Part shown: positions 49,910 through 59,027 of the stretch, piece by piece | Position numbering within the stretch: the first letter of the stretch is position 1 | How the letters are laid out: each line of letters starts with the position of its first letter | From: Gammaproteobacteria bacterium | Lineage (GTDB): Bacteria > Pseudomonadota > Gammaproteobacteria > Steroidobacterales > PWYM01 | DNA: 64,000 nt | Reading direction: 5' to 3' | Assembly (NCBI GenBank): GCA_003567475.1 | Contig: PWZL01000012.1 | Coordinates: forward strand, 5,290 to 69,289 | The notes under the pieces: generated by a model | The model's input: only the letters and a program-made list of their open reading frames with translations | Told to the model about the DNA's origin: nothing | The model's database searches: none | Position numbers and translations under genes: made by a program

Positions 49910-50590
49910 TCAGCGCTCCAGGCGGTCGAATACGACACCGCTGTCCGATCCCCAGGCGGGCGTCCCGGCCGTGGTGAAGCCCCGCTCCGACCACAGAATC
50001 TGGTTGGGGCTGAGCGTGAGCCGACGCCACAGGGTATCGCCGCCGTGTGCTGCCCAGCGGCAGCTCTCCTGTGAGCGGTGCGCGCCTGCGAACTCGCCGT
50101 TGGCGCGCAGGGTCAGGACCAGGTCGCAGCCGCGCAGATGGCGAAACGCGCCCGGCCCGAGCGCCTCGACGTCACTGTCCGCCAGGACCGTGCCGGGCCG
50201 GTCCACCCCGGTGTCCGCTGCGGCCTGTTTGGGCAACCAGGTCTCGATCACCGTCCGGCCATCGGCGTCCGGGACCAGGCGCCAAAGTTCCTGGCGTGCG
50301 TCGGCGTCGCCCGTGCGTCGCTCGATCAGCAGATAGAGACCGTCCTGGAGGTCCCAACGCTCGACGAATACCGGTTCCGCCCGCAGCCGAATCTCCGCGG
50401 CGCCATCGGGCGCATCGCCGAGGAAGCTGCCTTTCAGATAGGCCGCCAGCCGCGGCGTCGGTGCACTCGACGCCGGCGGGGTCGCCGCGCAGCCCGCCAG
50501 CAAGCCGCCGGTCGCCAGCAGTGCCACCGCTGCGCCCAGCCATCGCCCAGCGCCCACCGTGTGGTGGCGGACCGGCGTCTGCCGCGCCAT
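49910..50590 (-). CDS. Lipoprotein of unknown function, translationally coupled to fadD
   Basis: It has the signal/lipobox LLATGGLLAGC. The ATG at 50590 overlaps the fadD TGA (TGATG), or a GTG at 50593 could be used. Any resemblance to the CpcT/CpeT-like beta-barrel family is only a weak impression. Confidence 0.55.
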   Translation of the reverse strand: MARQTPVRHHTVGAGRWLGAAVALLATGGLLAGCAATPPASSAPTPRLAAYLKGSFLGDAPDGAAEIRLRAEPVFVERWDLQDGLYLLIERRTGDADARQELWRLVPDADGRTVIETWLPKQAAADTGVDRPGTVLADSDVEALGPGAFRHLRGCDLVLTLRANGEFAGAHRSQESCRWAAHGGDTLWRRLTLSPNQILWSERGFTTAGTPAWGSDSGVVFDRLER

Positions 50591-52278
50591 CACTCGTTGC
50601 TGGCCGCGCGGCGCTTCTCCTCATCGCGCAGCTGCCTGCGGAGGATCTTGCCGACGTTGGTTTTCGGCAGCTCGTCGCGGAATTCAACCTCGCGGGGCAC
50701 CTTGTAATTGGTGAGGTCACCCCGGCAGTGCTCGATGATCTGCTCGGCGGTGAGCGACTCGTCCTTGCGCACGACGAACACCTTGACCACCTCACCGGAG
50801 TGCTCGTCCGGCTTGGCGACTGCAGCACATTCGAGGACCCCGGGGTGGGACTGCACCACGTCCTCGATCTCATTCGGGTACACGTTGAAGCCCGAGACCA
50901 GAATCATGTCCTTCTTGCGATCCTCGATCGTGGTGCGGCCCTGCTCATCCATGCGCCCGATATCGCCGGTGCGGAACCAGCCCTCTTCCAGCATGACCGC
51001 CGCGGTCTCCTCCGGACGATTCCAGTATTCGCGCATGACCTGCGGACCGCGGATGCAGATCTCGCCCGCCTCGCCGATGGGCAGTTCGCGGCCGTCGTCG
51101 TCGCGGATACTGAACTCCGTCGAGGGCAGCGGCAGGCCAATGGTTCCGTCGAAACCCTTGGCGTCGAGCGCCACCATGCTGGCCGAGGGTGAGGTCTCGG
51201 TCAGGCCGTAGCCCTGCAACAGGACACAGCCGGTCTTCTCCTGCCAGCGCTCGGCCACCGCCCGCTGCACGGCCATGCCACCACCGACGCTCACGCGCAG
51301 CGCACTCAGGTCGAGCTGCTCGAAACCCGGCGTGTTCATCAGCCCGTTGAACAGGGTGTTCACGCCAGTGATCATCGAAAACCGATGCTTCCCGAGTTCG
51401 CGTACAAACCCCGGCAGATCCCGGGGGTTGGTGATCAGCACGTTATGGCCGCCGATCCGCATGAACAGGAGCATGTTCACCGTCAGCGAAAAGATGTGAT
51501 AAAGCGGCAGCGCGGTGATCACCGCGTCACGCCCTGGCGTGATCGCCCCGCGCATCCAGGCCGAACTCTGCAGCACGTTGGCCACCATGTTGCGGTGGGT
51601 GACGACCGCGCCCTTGGCCATCCCGGTCGTGCCGCCGGTGTATTGCAGGAAGGCGATGTCGTCGGCGGTGACGTCCGGTGCCTCGAAGGGCTGCCACTTG
51701 CCCTCGGCCAGCGCCCGGCGCCAGGGGAGGTGTTGGGCCAGAGACCAGGCCGGCACCAGCTTCTTCACGCGCTTGATGACGAAGTTGGTGAGCAGGCGCT
51801 TGGGTGTCGGGAACATGTCACCGATCTGAGTCGTGATGACGGTCTCGACGTCGGTCTTCTCGATCACCTGCTGCAGCACGTGGCAGAAATTCTCGAGGAT
51901 GATGATCGCCCGCGCGCCGGAATCGCGCAGCTGGTGTTCGAGCTCACGCGGAGTGTACAGCGGGTTGACGTTCACCACCGTCATGCCGGCGCGCAGAATG
52001 GCCTGAACGGCCACGGGGTACTGCAGCACGTTCGGCATCATCACCGCGACGCGGTCGCCCTTGCCCATGTTGGGCCGGGACTGCAGGACACTCGCCAGGT
52101 AGCGACTCTGCTGGTCGAGCTCAGCGAAAGTCAGCGTGTGCCCCATGTTGGTGAAGGCCGGGAGGTCGCGATACTCGGAGCAGGCCTCCTCAAGCAGGGC
52201 TTTCAGGGAGGGAATGCTGTCGGGGTCGATGTGCTCGGGCACCCCCTCCGGGTAAGATTTCAGCCAGATCTTGTCCAT
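50590..52278 (-). CDS. fadD: Long-chain fatty acid-CoA ligase
   Basis: ORF trimmed to MDKIWLKSYPEGVP (ATG at 52278, AGGAAG upstream). It has the AMP-binding motif YTGGTTGMAKGA, GYGLTETSP, GWFRTGDIG and a C-terminal ...PKTNVGKILRR. Confidence 0.9.
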   Translation of the reverse strand: MDKIWLKSYPEGVPEHIDPDSIPSLKALLEEACSEYRDLPAFTNMGHTLTFAELDQQSRYLASVLQSRPNMGKGDRVAVMMPNVLQYPVAVQAILRAGMTVVNVNPLYTPRELEHQLRDSGARAIIILENFCHVLQQVIEKTDVETVITTQIGDMFPTPKRLLTNFVIKRVKKLVPAWSLAQHLPWRRALAEGKWQPFEAPDVTADDIAFLQYTGGTTGMAKGAVVTHRNMVANVLQSSAWMRGAITPGRDAVITALPLYHIFSLTVNMLLFMRIGGHNVLITNPRDLPGFVRELGKHRFSMITGVNTLFNGLMNTPGFEQLDLSALRVSVGGGMAVQRAVAERWQEKTGCVLLQGYGLTETSPSASMVALDAKGFDGTIGLPLPSTEFSIRDDDGRELPIGEAGEICIRGPQVMREYWNRPEETAAVMLEEGWFRTGDIGRMDEQGRTTIEDRKKDMILVSGFNVYPNEIEDVVQSHPGVLECAAVAKPDEHSGEVVKVFVVRKDESLTAEQIIEHCRGDLTNYKVPREVEFRDELPKTNVGKILRRQLRDEEKRRAASNE

Positions 52279-52339
52279 GGTCTTCCTGAACGGTCGGTCC
52301 GTCGGGGGTGCCCGCCGCGCGCTGTTGCCGGGGCCACGC

Positions 52340-53044
52340 TCAGCGAGTCTGCCCGCCGGGTCCGGCTGCCGCAAGTTCGTCGGCGTGGGGTGTGCTGCGG
52401 GCCAGCGCCTGTTCCAGCGCCGGCCACATGTTCTCCAGCAGCCGTGGCTGGGCTGCGGCATTCGGATGGATGCCGTCGGCTTGCATGAGGGTGGGCTCCA
52501 GAGCGACGCCCTCGAGCAGGAATTCCACCATGGGCACGTCGTAACGCTCGGCAAGGGTCGGGTAGACGGCTTCGAAAGCTTCGTAATACGCGTCGTTGTA
52601 GTTGCGCGGAATGCGGATGCCGGTCAGGATGACAGCGCTTCCGGCGGATTGCCCGAGTTCGATCATGCGGGCCAGGTTACGCTCGAGCGTGGGGACATCG
52701 ATGCCACGCAGGCCATCGTTGCCGCCCAGTTGAATGATCAGGATGGCCGGCGCATGGCGCTCGAGCAGTCGTGGCAGCCGCGCCAGGCCGCCGCTGCTGG
52801 TCTCGCCACTGATGCTGGCGTTGATCACGCGGTGGGGCCGGCCGATCTTGTCGAGACGCGCTTCGAGCAGGGCGACCCAGCCCTCGTCCACGAACATCCC
52901 GTAGCCGGCGCTAAGGGAGTCGCCAACCACGGCGAGGGTCGGGGGCTGTGAATCCGCTGCGTGGACGGCTACGAACGCAGTTGAGCAGGCCAGCAGGGCC
53001 CAGGCCACCAGGATGAACAGGAATTTTGACTTGAACACAGCCAA
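52340..53044 (-). CDS. tesA: SGNH/GDSL arylesterase / acyl-CoA thioesterase I
   Basis: This is the 3' part of ORF 52340..53311. There is no in-frame ATG near the signal peptide, so I propose the TTG at 53044 (GGAGG 6 nt upstream) or the GTG at 53038. It has the signal peptide ...FLFILVAWALLACSTAFVAVHA and blocks VVGDSLSAGYG, GGNDGLRG and DGIHPN. It is divergent from ybbA-ybbP, as in E. coli. Confidence 0.85.
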   Translation of the reverse strand: MAVFKSKFLFILVAWALLACSTAFVAVHAADSQPPTLAVVGDSLSAGYGMFVDEGWVALLEARLDKIGRPHRVINASISGETSSGGLARLPRLLERHAPAILIIQLGGNDGLRGIDVPTLERNLARMIELGQSAGSAVILTGIRIPRNYNDAYYEAFEAVYPTLAERYDVPMVEFLLEGVALEPTLMQADGIHPNAAAQPRLLENMWPALEQALARSTPHADELAAAGPGGQTR

Positions 53045-53720
53045 GACGGTCCTCCGCGCCGAGCATCTCGGCAAGCAAGTTAGCAGTCCAGAGGGGGTAT
53101 TGACCATTCTGGACGACGTAAGTTTGGCTATTCCCGCCGGCCAGACCGTCGCGATCCTGGGCGCCTCGGGGGCCGGCAAGTCGACGCTGCTGGCGTTGCT
53201 CGCCGGCCTGGATGAGCCCTCTTCTGGCCAGGTGTGGCTGAATGACCTCGAGTTGACCGCGCTCGATGAGGACGGCCGCGCGGCCCTTCGGGGTGAACAT
53301 GTCGGGTTCATGTTCCAGTCCTTTCACCTGCTGCCGGCGCTGACAGCGCTGGAGAATGTGATGCTGCCGCTTGAGCTGGCGGGACGCAGCGATGCCCGTG
53401 GCGCGGCCCGGGCGGCCCTGGCAGATGTCGGTCTCGAGGCGCGGGTGTCGCACTATCCGCGCCAGCTCTCCGGGGGTGAGAAGCAGCGCGTGGCGATCGC
53501 GCGCGCCTTCGTGACCGGGCCTGCGGTCCTGTTCGCCGATGAACCCACCGGTAACCTCGATGCCCGGACCGGCGATCGGGTGATGACACTGCTGTTCGAC
53601 ATGAACCGCCAGCACGCCACCACCCTGGTGCTGGTGACGCACGACGAGGCCCTCGCGCAGCGCTGCGACCGGCGAATCGAGCTTGACGCCGGCCGCCTGT
53701 CTGCCGACAGGCTGAACTGA
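53013..53720 (+). CDS. ybbA: ABC transporter ATP-binding protein (YbbA/LolD-like)
   Basis: It has the Walker A GASGAGKSTLL, the signature LSGGEKQRVAIARA, and the Walker B VLFADEPTGNLD. Confidence 0.88.
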   Translation: MNRNFDLNTAKTVLRAEHLGKQVSSPEGVLTILDDVSLAIPAGQTVAILGASGAGKSTLLALLAGLDEPSSGQVWLNDLELTALDEDGRAALRGEHVGFMFQSFHLLPALTALENVMLPLELAGRSDARGAARAALADVGLEARVSHYPRQLSGGEKQRVAIARAFVTGPAVLFADEPTGNLDARTGDRVMTLLFDMNRQHATTLVLVTHDEALAQRCDRRIELDAGRLSADRLN

Positions 53721-56203
53721 TGCCCGCCTTGCTCTACGCCCTGCGCACGCTCAGCCGCGACTGGAAGTCCGGTGAGATCGGCGTGCTGCTGATGGCGCTG
53801 CTGGTGGCGGTGGGGTCGCTGACCGCCATCGCGTTTTTCACTGATCGGGTTGGCCAGGCTGTCGCCCGACAGGCCACCGAAGTGCTGGCGGCCGATTTGC
53901 GCCTGCGCAGTGCCGAGCCGACCAATCCGGCGTATCTGGCCGAAGCAGCCGACCGTGGTCTGGCCACTGCGCGCGTGCTCGCGTTTCCGAGCGTGGTCAG
54001 TCATGGGGACGACAGTCAGCTCGGCGCGCTGCGCGCCGTCACTGATGGCTATCCTTTACGCGGGGCGCTGCGGATCGCCGATGATCTGTTCACCCCAGCG
54101 TATGTCGCCGAGGGCGTGCCAGCGCGCGGTGAGGTCTGGGCCGAGTCAGGCCTGCTGGCGCGTCTGGGGCTCGAGGTTGGTGCCGTGCTGCAGGTCGGGG
54201 CCCTGGAGTTGACGATCACCCGGGTGCTGGAATACCGGCCCGATCAGGCGGTGGGCTTCGTGGCCCTGGCGCCGACGATCCTGATGAATCTGGATGACAT
54301 CCCCGACTCAGGCCTGGTGGTTCCCGGCAGCCGGGTGACCTGGTCGGCGCTGTTCGCGGGACCGGATGCCGAGATCGCCCGGTTCGCGGCGTGGTTGTCG
54401 GCGCAGCTCGAAGACGGCGAGCGCCTGCAGGACATTGGTGATGCCGGCGAGCAGGTGACCGGTGCGATCGACCGCGCCCAGCGCTTCCTGACCCTGGCCT
54501 CGCTGGTCTCGGTGCTGCTCGCCGCCGTGGCCGTGGCCATGGCGGCAAGACGCTACGCCGCCCGGCATGTCGATTCTGTCGCCCTGATGAAGTGTCTTGG
54601 CGCGTCCCAGCGCTTCGTCCTCAACGTCGGGCTGTGGCAGCTCACGCTGCTGGCCGTGTTTGCGGGCATCGTGGGCAGCGGGATCGGCTGGATCGCGCAG
54701 TTCGGTATCGCCTGGCTGCTGGCCGAGCTGGTCGGCGGCAGTCTGCCACCGCCGGGACCCCTGCCCGCGCTGATGGGTCTGGTCACCTCGCTCGCCGTGC
54801 TCACGGGGTTCGCTCTGCCCCCGATCCTGCAGCTGCGCAGTGTCGCCCCGGTGCGCGTGTTGCGACGGGATCTGCCGCCGCCGCGGGTGACGGCGTCGGT
54901 GGCGGCGGGGGCGGCGATTGCCGTGGTGGTGCTGATGCTTGCCTGGGTGCTGCGGGATTTCCGACTGCTTGGCGTCGTGGTCGGTGGCATCGCCGGCCTG
55001 CTGGCCGTGCTGATGCTCGCGGGTTGGGTGCTGGTCCGCTTGACCGGACGGGTGCGGGGCGGCGCAGGTGTGGCCTGGCGCTACGGCTTGGCGAATATCA
55101 ATCGCCGAGGGGGTGAGAGCATCACCCAGGTGGTGGCTTTCGGGCTTGGCTTGATGGTGCTTCTGCTGCTCACGGTGGTGCGTAACGACCTGCTCGACGG
55201 GTGGCGCGCCAGTCTCCCGGAAGACGCGCCGAACAATTTCATCATCAACATCCAGCCCGAGGAACTGCCTGAGGTTCAGGGTCTGTTTGCCGCTGAGGGC
55301 GTGACGCCGCCGGTATTCTCGCCGCTGGTCCGGGCACGGATCACCCATCTGAACGGCGTGCCCGTGCGTGAGGCCGATGTCAGCGATCCCGACGCTCGCG
55401 GACTGCTGACCCGCGAAGCCAACCTGAGCTTCTCGGCGGAGCTGCCGGCGAGCAATACGCTGGTGGCCGGTCGGTTCTGGGCACCGGACAGCCGTGGTGA
55501 CGAGATCTCCATCGAAGAGGACATTGCCGCCTCGCTGGGCCTGTCGCTTGGCGATACGCTGGGGTTCACGGTGGCCGGGGAGCCGCTGGTGGGGCGGATC
55601 ACCAGCAAGCGCGCGGTCGCCTGGGATTCTTTCGATCCGAATTTCTTCGTGCTGTTTCAGCCGGGCGAGATCGAGGACTTTCCGACCACCTACATCACCA
55701 GCATATTCGTACCGCGCGATGATCGCGGCGTGCTGCTCGAACTGGTGCGCCGCCATCCCAGTGTCTCGGTGATCGATCTTGAGTCGCTGATCACGCAGGT
55801 CCGCCAGGTCATGGATCGCGCCTCGCTGGCCGTCCAGTACGTGTTCGGCTTCACCCTGCTCGCGGGCGTGGTGGTGCTGCTCGCGGCCGTGCAGGCCACC
55901 CGCGACGAGCGCCGCTATGAAAGTGCGCTGCTGCGCACCTTTGGCGCCAGGCGCAGTATGGTGCTGCGGGGTGTGATCGCCGAGTTCGTGGTGCTCGGCC
56001 TGCTGGCTGGCGTGCTGGCGGCGGCCGGCGCGGTGGTGGTCGGCCAGGTGCTGGCCCAGCAGGTCTTTCGGCTGGCGTATTCGCCTGATCCGCTGGTGCT
56101 GTTCGGGGGGCCGCTGCTCGGCGCCCTACTGGTCGGTCTGGCCGGAACCCTTGCGACTCGCTCGGTGGTCCAGACGCCCCCCGTCAGGACGCTGCGCGCC
56201 TGA
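53720..56203 (+). CDS. ybbP: FtsX-like ABC transporter permease (YbbP-like, duplicated FtsX domain)
   Basis: 827 aa with two FtsX-type 4-TM modules separated by large periplasmic loops. Its start overlaps the ybbA stop. Confidence 0.85.
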   Translation: MPALLYALRTLSRDWKSGEIGVLLMALLVAVGSLTAIAFFTDRVGQAVARQATEVLAADLRLRSAEPTNPAYLAEAADRGLATARVLAFPSVVSHGDDSQLGALRAVTDGYPLRGALRIADDLFTPAYVAEGVPARGEVWAESGLLARLGLEVGAVLQVGALELTITRVLEYRPDQAVGFVALAPTILMNLDDIPDSGLVVPGSRVTWSALFAGPDAEIARFAAWLSAQLEDGERLQDIGDAGEQVTGAIDRAQRFLTLASLVSVLLAAVAVAMAARRYAARHVDSVALMKCLGASQRFVLNVGLWQLTLLAVFAGIVGSGIGWIAQFGIAWLLAELVGGSLPPPGPLPALMGLVTSLAVLTGFALPPILQLRSVAPVRVLRRDLPPPRVTASVAAGAAIAVVVLMLAWVLRDFRLLGVVVGGIAGLLAVLMLAGWVLVRLTGRVRGGAGVAWRYGLANINRRGGESITQVVAFGLGLMVLLLLTVVRNDLLDGWRASLPEDAPNNFIINIQPEELPEVQGLFAAEGVTPPVFSPLVRARITHLNGVPVREADVSDPDARGLLTREANLSFSAELPASNTLVAGRFWAPDSRGDEISIEEDIAASLGLSLGDTLGFTVAGEPLVGRITSKRAVAWDSFDPNFFVLFQPGEIEDFPTTYITSIFVPRDDRGVLLELVRRHPSVSVIDLESLITQVRQVMDRASLAVQYVFGFTLLAGVVVLLAAVQATRDERRYESALLRTFGARRSMVLRGVIAEFVVLGLLAGVLAAAGAVVVGQVLAQQVFRLAYSPDPLVLFGGPLLGALLVGLAGTLATRSVVQTPPVRTLRA

Positions 56204-56316
56204 TTCCGAGCCGTTCCGCTGGCGTTCAGCTTGGGCCTGATACCCTGTCTGCAGATTGCGGTGGGCCGTCCGCGGAACACCGCCGGGATACGCGGCCGGG
56301 TGTCGGGGAGTCAACC

Positions 56317-57777
56317 ATGTCCAAGCCACTGATCGTGCTCGTTGCGCTGCTCGGCCTGGGCCTCGCCGGGGTCCCCGTGGCGAGTGCCCAGGAGTGGCAG
56401 GTGCGCCCGGTGCTGCAGGCGGAGGCCTACACCGTCGCCGAGCTCGAACAGCTGGTCGCCCCGATTGCCCTGTATCCGGATGTCCTGCTGTCCACCGTGC
56501 TGATCGCGGCCACCTATCCGCTGGAAATCGTCCAGGCGGCCCGCTGGTCGCGCGATCACCCCGGGCTGCGCGGCGAGGCTGCGGTCGCAGCGGTCACCGA
56601 CCGCGACTGGGACCCGGCTGTGAAGGCTCTGGTGGCCTTTCCTGAGGTTCTTGATCAGCTCGATACCGCGCTCGACTGGACCCAGGCGCTGGGCGATGCC
56701 TTCCTGTTCCAGGAGTCCGACGTGATGGATGCGGTTCAGGAACTGCGTCTGCGGGCGGCCGACACCGGTCATTTGCGCAGCGACGAGCATGTTCGCGTGG
56801 TGCACACCGAGCGCACCGTCATTGTCGAGCCGGTCCGCGAGCGCGTGGTCTACGTCCCCTGGGTCGATACCCGCGTGGTGTATGGGCCCTGGTGGCACCC
56901 GTACCATCCGCCGGTGCGATGGGCTGCGCCGGTGCATTACCGGCCGGGGCGCACCGGTCTGTACTGGAGCAGCGGTTTCGCCGTGTCCTCGGGCTTGTTT
57001 TTCACCCAGGTCGCCTGGCCCCAGCGCCATGTCCTGGTCGTTCAGGTGCCGGTGTATGTCTACCCCTCACACCGACGGCCTCGACCGGCCCACTATGTCC
57101 CGGGTCAGCGCTGGCGCCACGCACCCCGTCATCGGCGCGGTGTCGCCTACGCGCACCCGCAAGTGCAGCAACGCTATGCCGCCTCGCCGCGGGTCAGGGC
57201 GAGCACGCGGAGCACTGCGCGGTCGCCGGACACCAGACTGCGCGCCACGCCTCCGGCGTCGATGCGGGTACCGCCTGCCGAGCGGCAGTCCACCGCCCCG
57301 CGCGTGTCTGCCCGTCCGCGGAGTGCGGGCGCACCCGCCCGGTTGGATGCTGCGACGACTGGCCGCGGCGATGCAGGCAGCAGCCCGCGCCGCGAGCGGT
57401 CTTCGACGGCCCCCGTCGCCCGGCTGGCCGCGCCGCCTGGCCGAGGGCAGGCGACCACCGCACGGACCACCACGCAGCCGCCGCCGTCCACGCCTCAGGG
57501 CCGCGTGCCGGTCGAGAATCGGCCGACGTCCCAGGCCCGGTCCCGATCGTCCGCAGCGCCGGGATCACCGCCCGCGTCATCGCTGCGCGCTGCACCCCGT
57601 CAAACCGCCCCGCGGCAATCGATTCCCCGCCAGTCGGTTCCCCGCCAGTCGGTCCCACGTGAGCCAGCATCCCGCGGGACGACTCAGCGTCTCGCCGCGC
57701 CCGCCCGCGACGTCGCCAGCGCGCGTGGTCGGGGGACTGAGCGTGGCCGGGGCGACGGACGCCGCGGGATCGACTGA
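56317..57777 (+). CDS. DUF3300 domain protein with long Arg/Pro/Ser-rich C-terminal tail
   Basis: It has a signal peptide and LVAPIALYPDVLLSTVLIAATYPLEIVQAARW, the DUF3300 signature as I recall it. The last 240 aa or so are low-complexity (R, P, A, S). Confidence 0.7.
   Translation: MSKPLIVLVALLGLGLAGVPVASAQEWQVRPVLQAEAYTVAELEQLVAPIALYPDVLLSTVLIAATYPLEIVQAARWSRDHPGLRGEAAVAAVTDRDWDPAVKALVAFPEVLDQLDTALDWTQALGDAFLFQESDVMDAVQELRLRAADTGHLRSDEHVRVVHTERTVIVEPVRERVVYVPWVDTRVVYGPWWHPYHPPVRWAAPVHYRPGRTGLYWSSGFAVSSGLFFTQVAWPQRHVLVVQVPVYVYPSHRRPRPAHYVPGQRWRHAPRHRRGVAYAHPQVQQRYAASPRVRASTRSTARSPDTRLRATPPASMRVPPAERQSTAPRVSARPRSAGAPARLDAATTGRGDAGSSPRRERSSTAPVARLAAPPGRGQATTARTTTQPPPSTPQGRVPVENRPTSQARSRSSAAPGSPPASSLRAAPRQTAPRQSIPRQSVPRQSVPREPASRGTTQRLAAPARDVASARGRGTERGRGDGRRGID
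57595..57654 (+). repeat. Tandem 15-bp repeat x4 encoding PRQxx pentapeptides inside the DUF3300 gene
   Basis: The units are CCCCGTCAAACCGCC, CCGCGGCAATCGATT, CCCCGCCAGTCGGTT and CCCCGCCAGTCGGTC. Units 3 and 4 differ only at the last base. The translation is PRQTA PRQSI PRQSV PRQSV. Confidence 0.7.
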
Positions 57778-57875
57778 GCGGTCGCCAAGCTCGCGGCGGC
57801 AGCCGCGACAGCTGAGTCACTGGGGTCGCGGGCGACGTGTGCCGTAGCGTCCGCTGCTGCATACTTCCGGATACC

Positions 57876-59027
57876 ATGGATGCGCAAGCGAAAAGCCGGC
57901 CCGCTGACGCCGGCGAGCCACCCGGCTGCACGCTCGAGCAGCATCAGACCGGTGAAGTGCTCCGCCTGCACGGCCACTGGACGCTGGCTGCGGTCTCGCC
58001 CCGTCTGGCTGAGTTGACCGCTGAGCTCGCAGCGCATGCGCAGCGCACCGATCTGGGCTGGGACCTGCGCGGGGTTGTTGCGCTGGACAGTGCCGGCGCC
58101 CTGTTGCTGTGGCGGGCCTGGGGACGCCGGCGCCCGGAGACCCTCGAGCTTGGTGACCGCCAGCAAGCCCTGTTCGCCGCGTGGGAAACCCAGACGACAG
58201 CGGAGCCGGCACCCCGTCGGGCGCTGCGCCAGCGGCTGCTCGCGGGGCTCGCGCGTCCCGGACGCGCGATGGTCGAGCCGACGCGTGCGCTGCTGCTGCT
58301 GCTGGGGCAGTTGCTCATCGACAGTCTGCTGTTGCTGCGCCGGCCGGGCCGGATACCCTGGCGCGAGATTTCCGCGACCATTTATGTCACGGGTTTCAAG
58401 GCGCTGGCCATCACCGGCCTGGTCGGCGCGTTGATCGGCGTGGTGATCGCCTACCAGTCGGCCCTGCAGCTCAGAAACTACGGCGCGGAAATTTTCATTG
58501 TCGACATGCTCGGCTTCAGTGTCACACGGGAGCTTGGACCCATGCTCGCGGCCATCATCGTGGCCGGGCGCTCGGGCTCGGCCATCACCGCGCAGATCGG
58601 GGTGATGCGCCTGACCCAGGAGCTCGACGCCATGACCACACTGGGCATGTCGGTGTCACAGCGCCTGGTGCTGCCGCGGGTGCTGGCTCTGACCCTGGTC
58701 ATGCCGCTGCTCGCGCTCTGGACCATCACGGCCGCCATGATCGGCGGCATCATCGCCTCCGAGCTGACGGTGGGCCTCGGCTTCGAGTATTTCCTGATCA
58801 CCCTCCCCGATCGTCTGCCGGTGGCGAATCTGTGGATCGGACTTGGCAAATCACTGGTGTTTGGCGCGGTGATCGGCCTGACGGCCGCCCATCTGGGTCT
58901 CCGGGTGCAGCCGAATACCCGCGATCTTGGCGCCCGTACGACCCGCTCGGTGGTCACCTCGATCACGCTGGTGATCGTGCTGAACGCGCTGTTTTCCATC
59001 ATTCTGCGCGAGGTGGGGTTTCGATGA
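57876..59027 (+). CDS. MlaE-family ABC permease with N-terminal STAS/MlaB-like extension
   Basis: ATG at 57876. The N-terminal 120 aa or so (...VLRLHGHWTLAAVSPRLAEL...WDLRGVVALDSAGALLLW...) look like an anti-sigma-antagonist/STAS module. This is followed by the MlaE core RELGPMLAAIIVAGRSGSAITAQIGVMRLTQELDAM. Confidence 0.85.
   Translation: MDAQAKSRPADAGEPPGCTLEQHQTGEVLRLHGHWTLAAVSPRLAELTAELAAHAQRTDLGWDLRGVVALDSAGALLLWRAWGRRRPETLELGDRQQALFAAWETQTTAEPAPRRALRQRLLAGLARPGRAMVEPTRALLLLLGQLLIDSLLLLRRPGRIPWREISATIYVTGFKALAITGLVGALIGVVIAYQSALQLRNYGAEIFIVDMLGFSVTRELGPMLAAIIVAGRSGSAITAQIGVMRLTQELDAMTTLGMSVSQRLVLPRVLALTLVMPLLALWTITAAMIGGIIASELTVGLGFEYFLITLPDRLPVANLWIGLGKSLVFGAVIGLTAAHLGLRVQPNTRDLGARTTRSVVTSITLVIVLNALFSIILREVGFR

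Noticed and set aside
50590-52554. N-terminal extensions offered by the ORF track: fadD to 52554, tesA to 53311, ridA to 24944, dtd to 3478, the dGTPase-like gene to 46606, and yicC to 29030
   Set aside because: The extended regions are Arg/Pro/Ala-rich, overlap upstream genes, and precede internal starts that have Shine-Dalgarno motifs and N-termini matching the known families. The shorter models were adopted.
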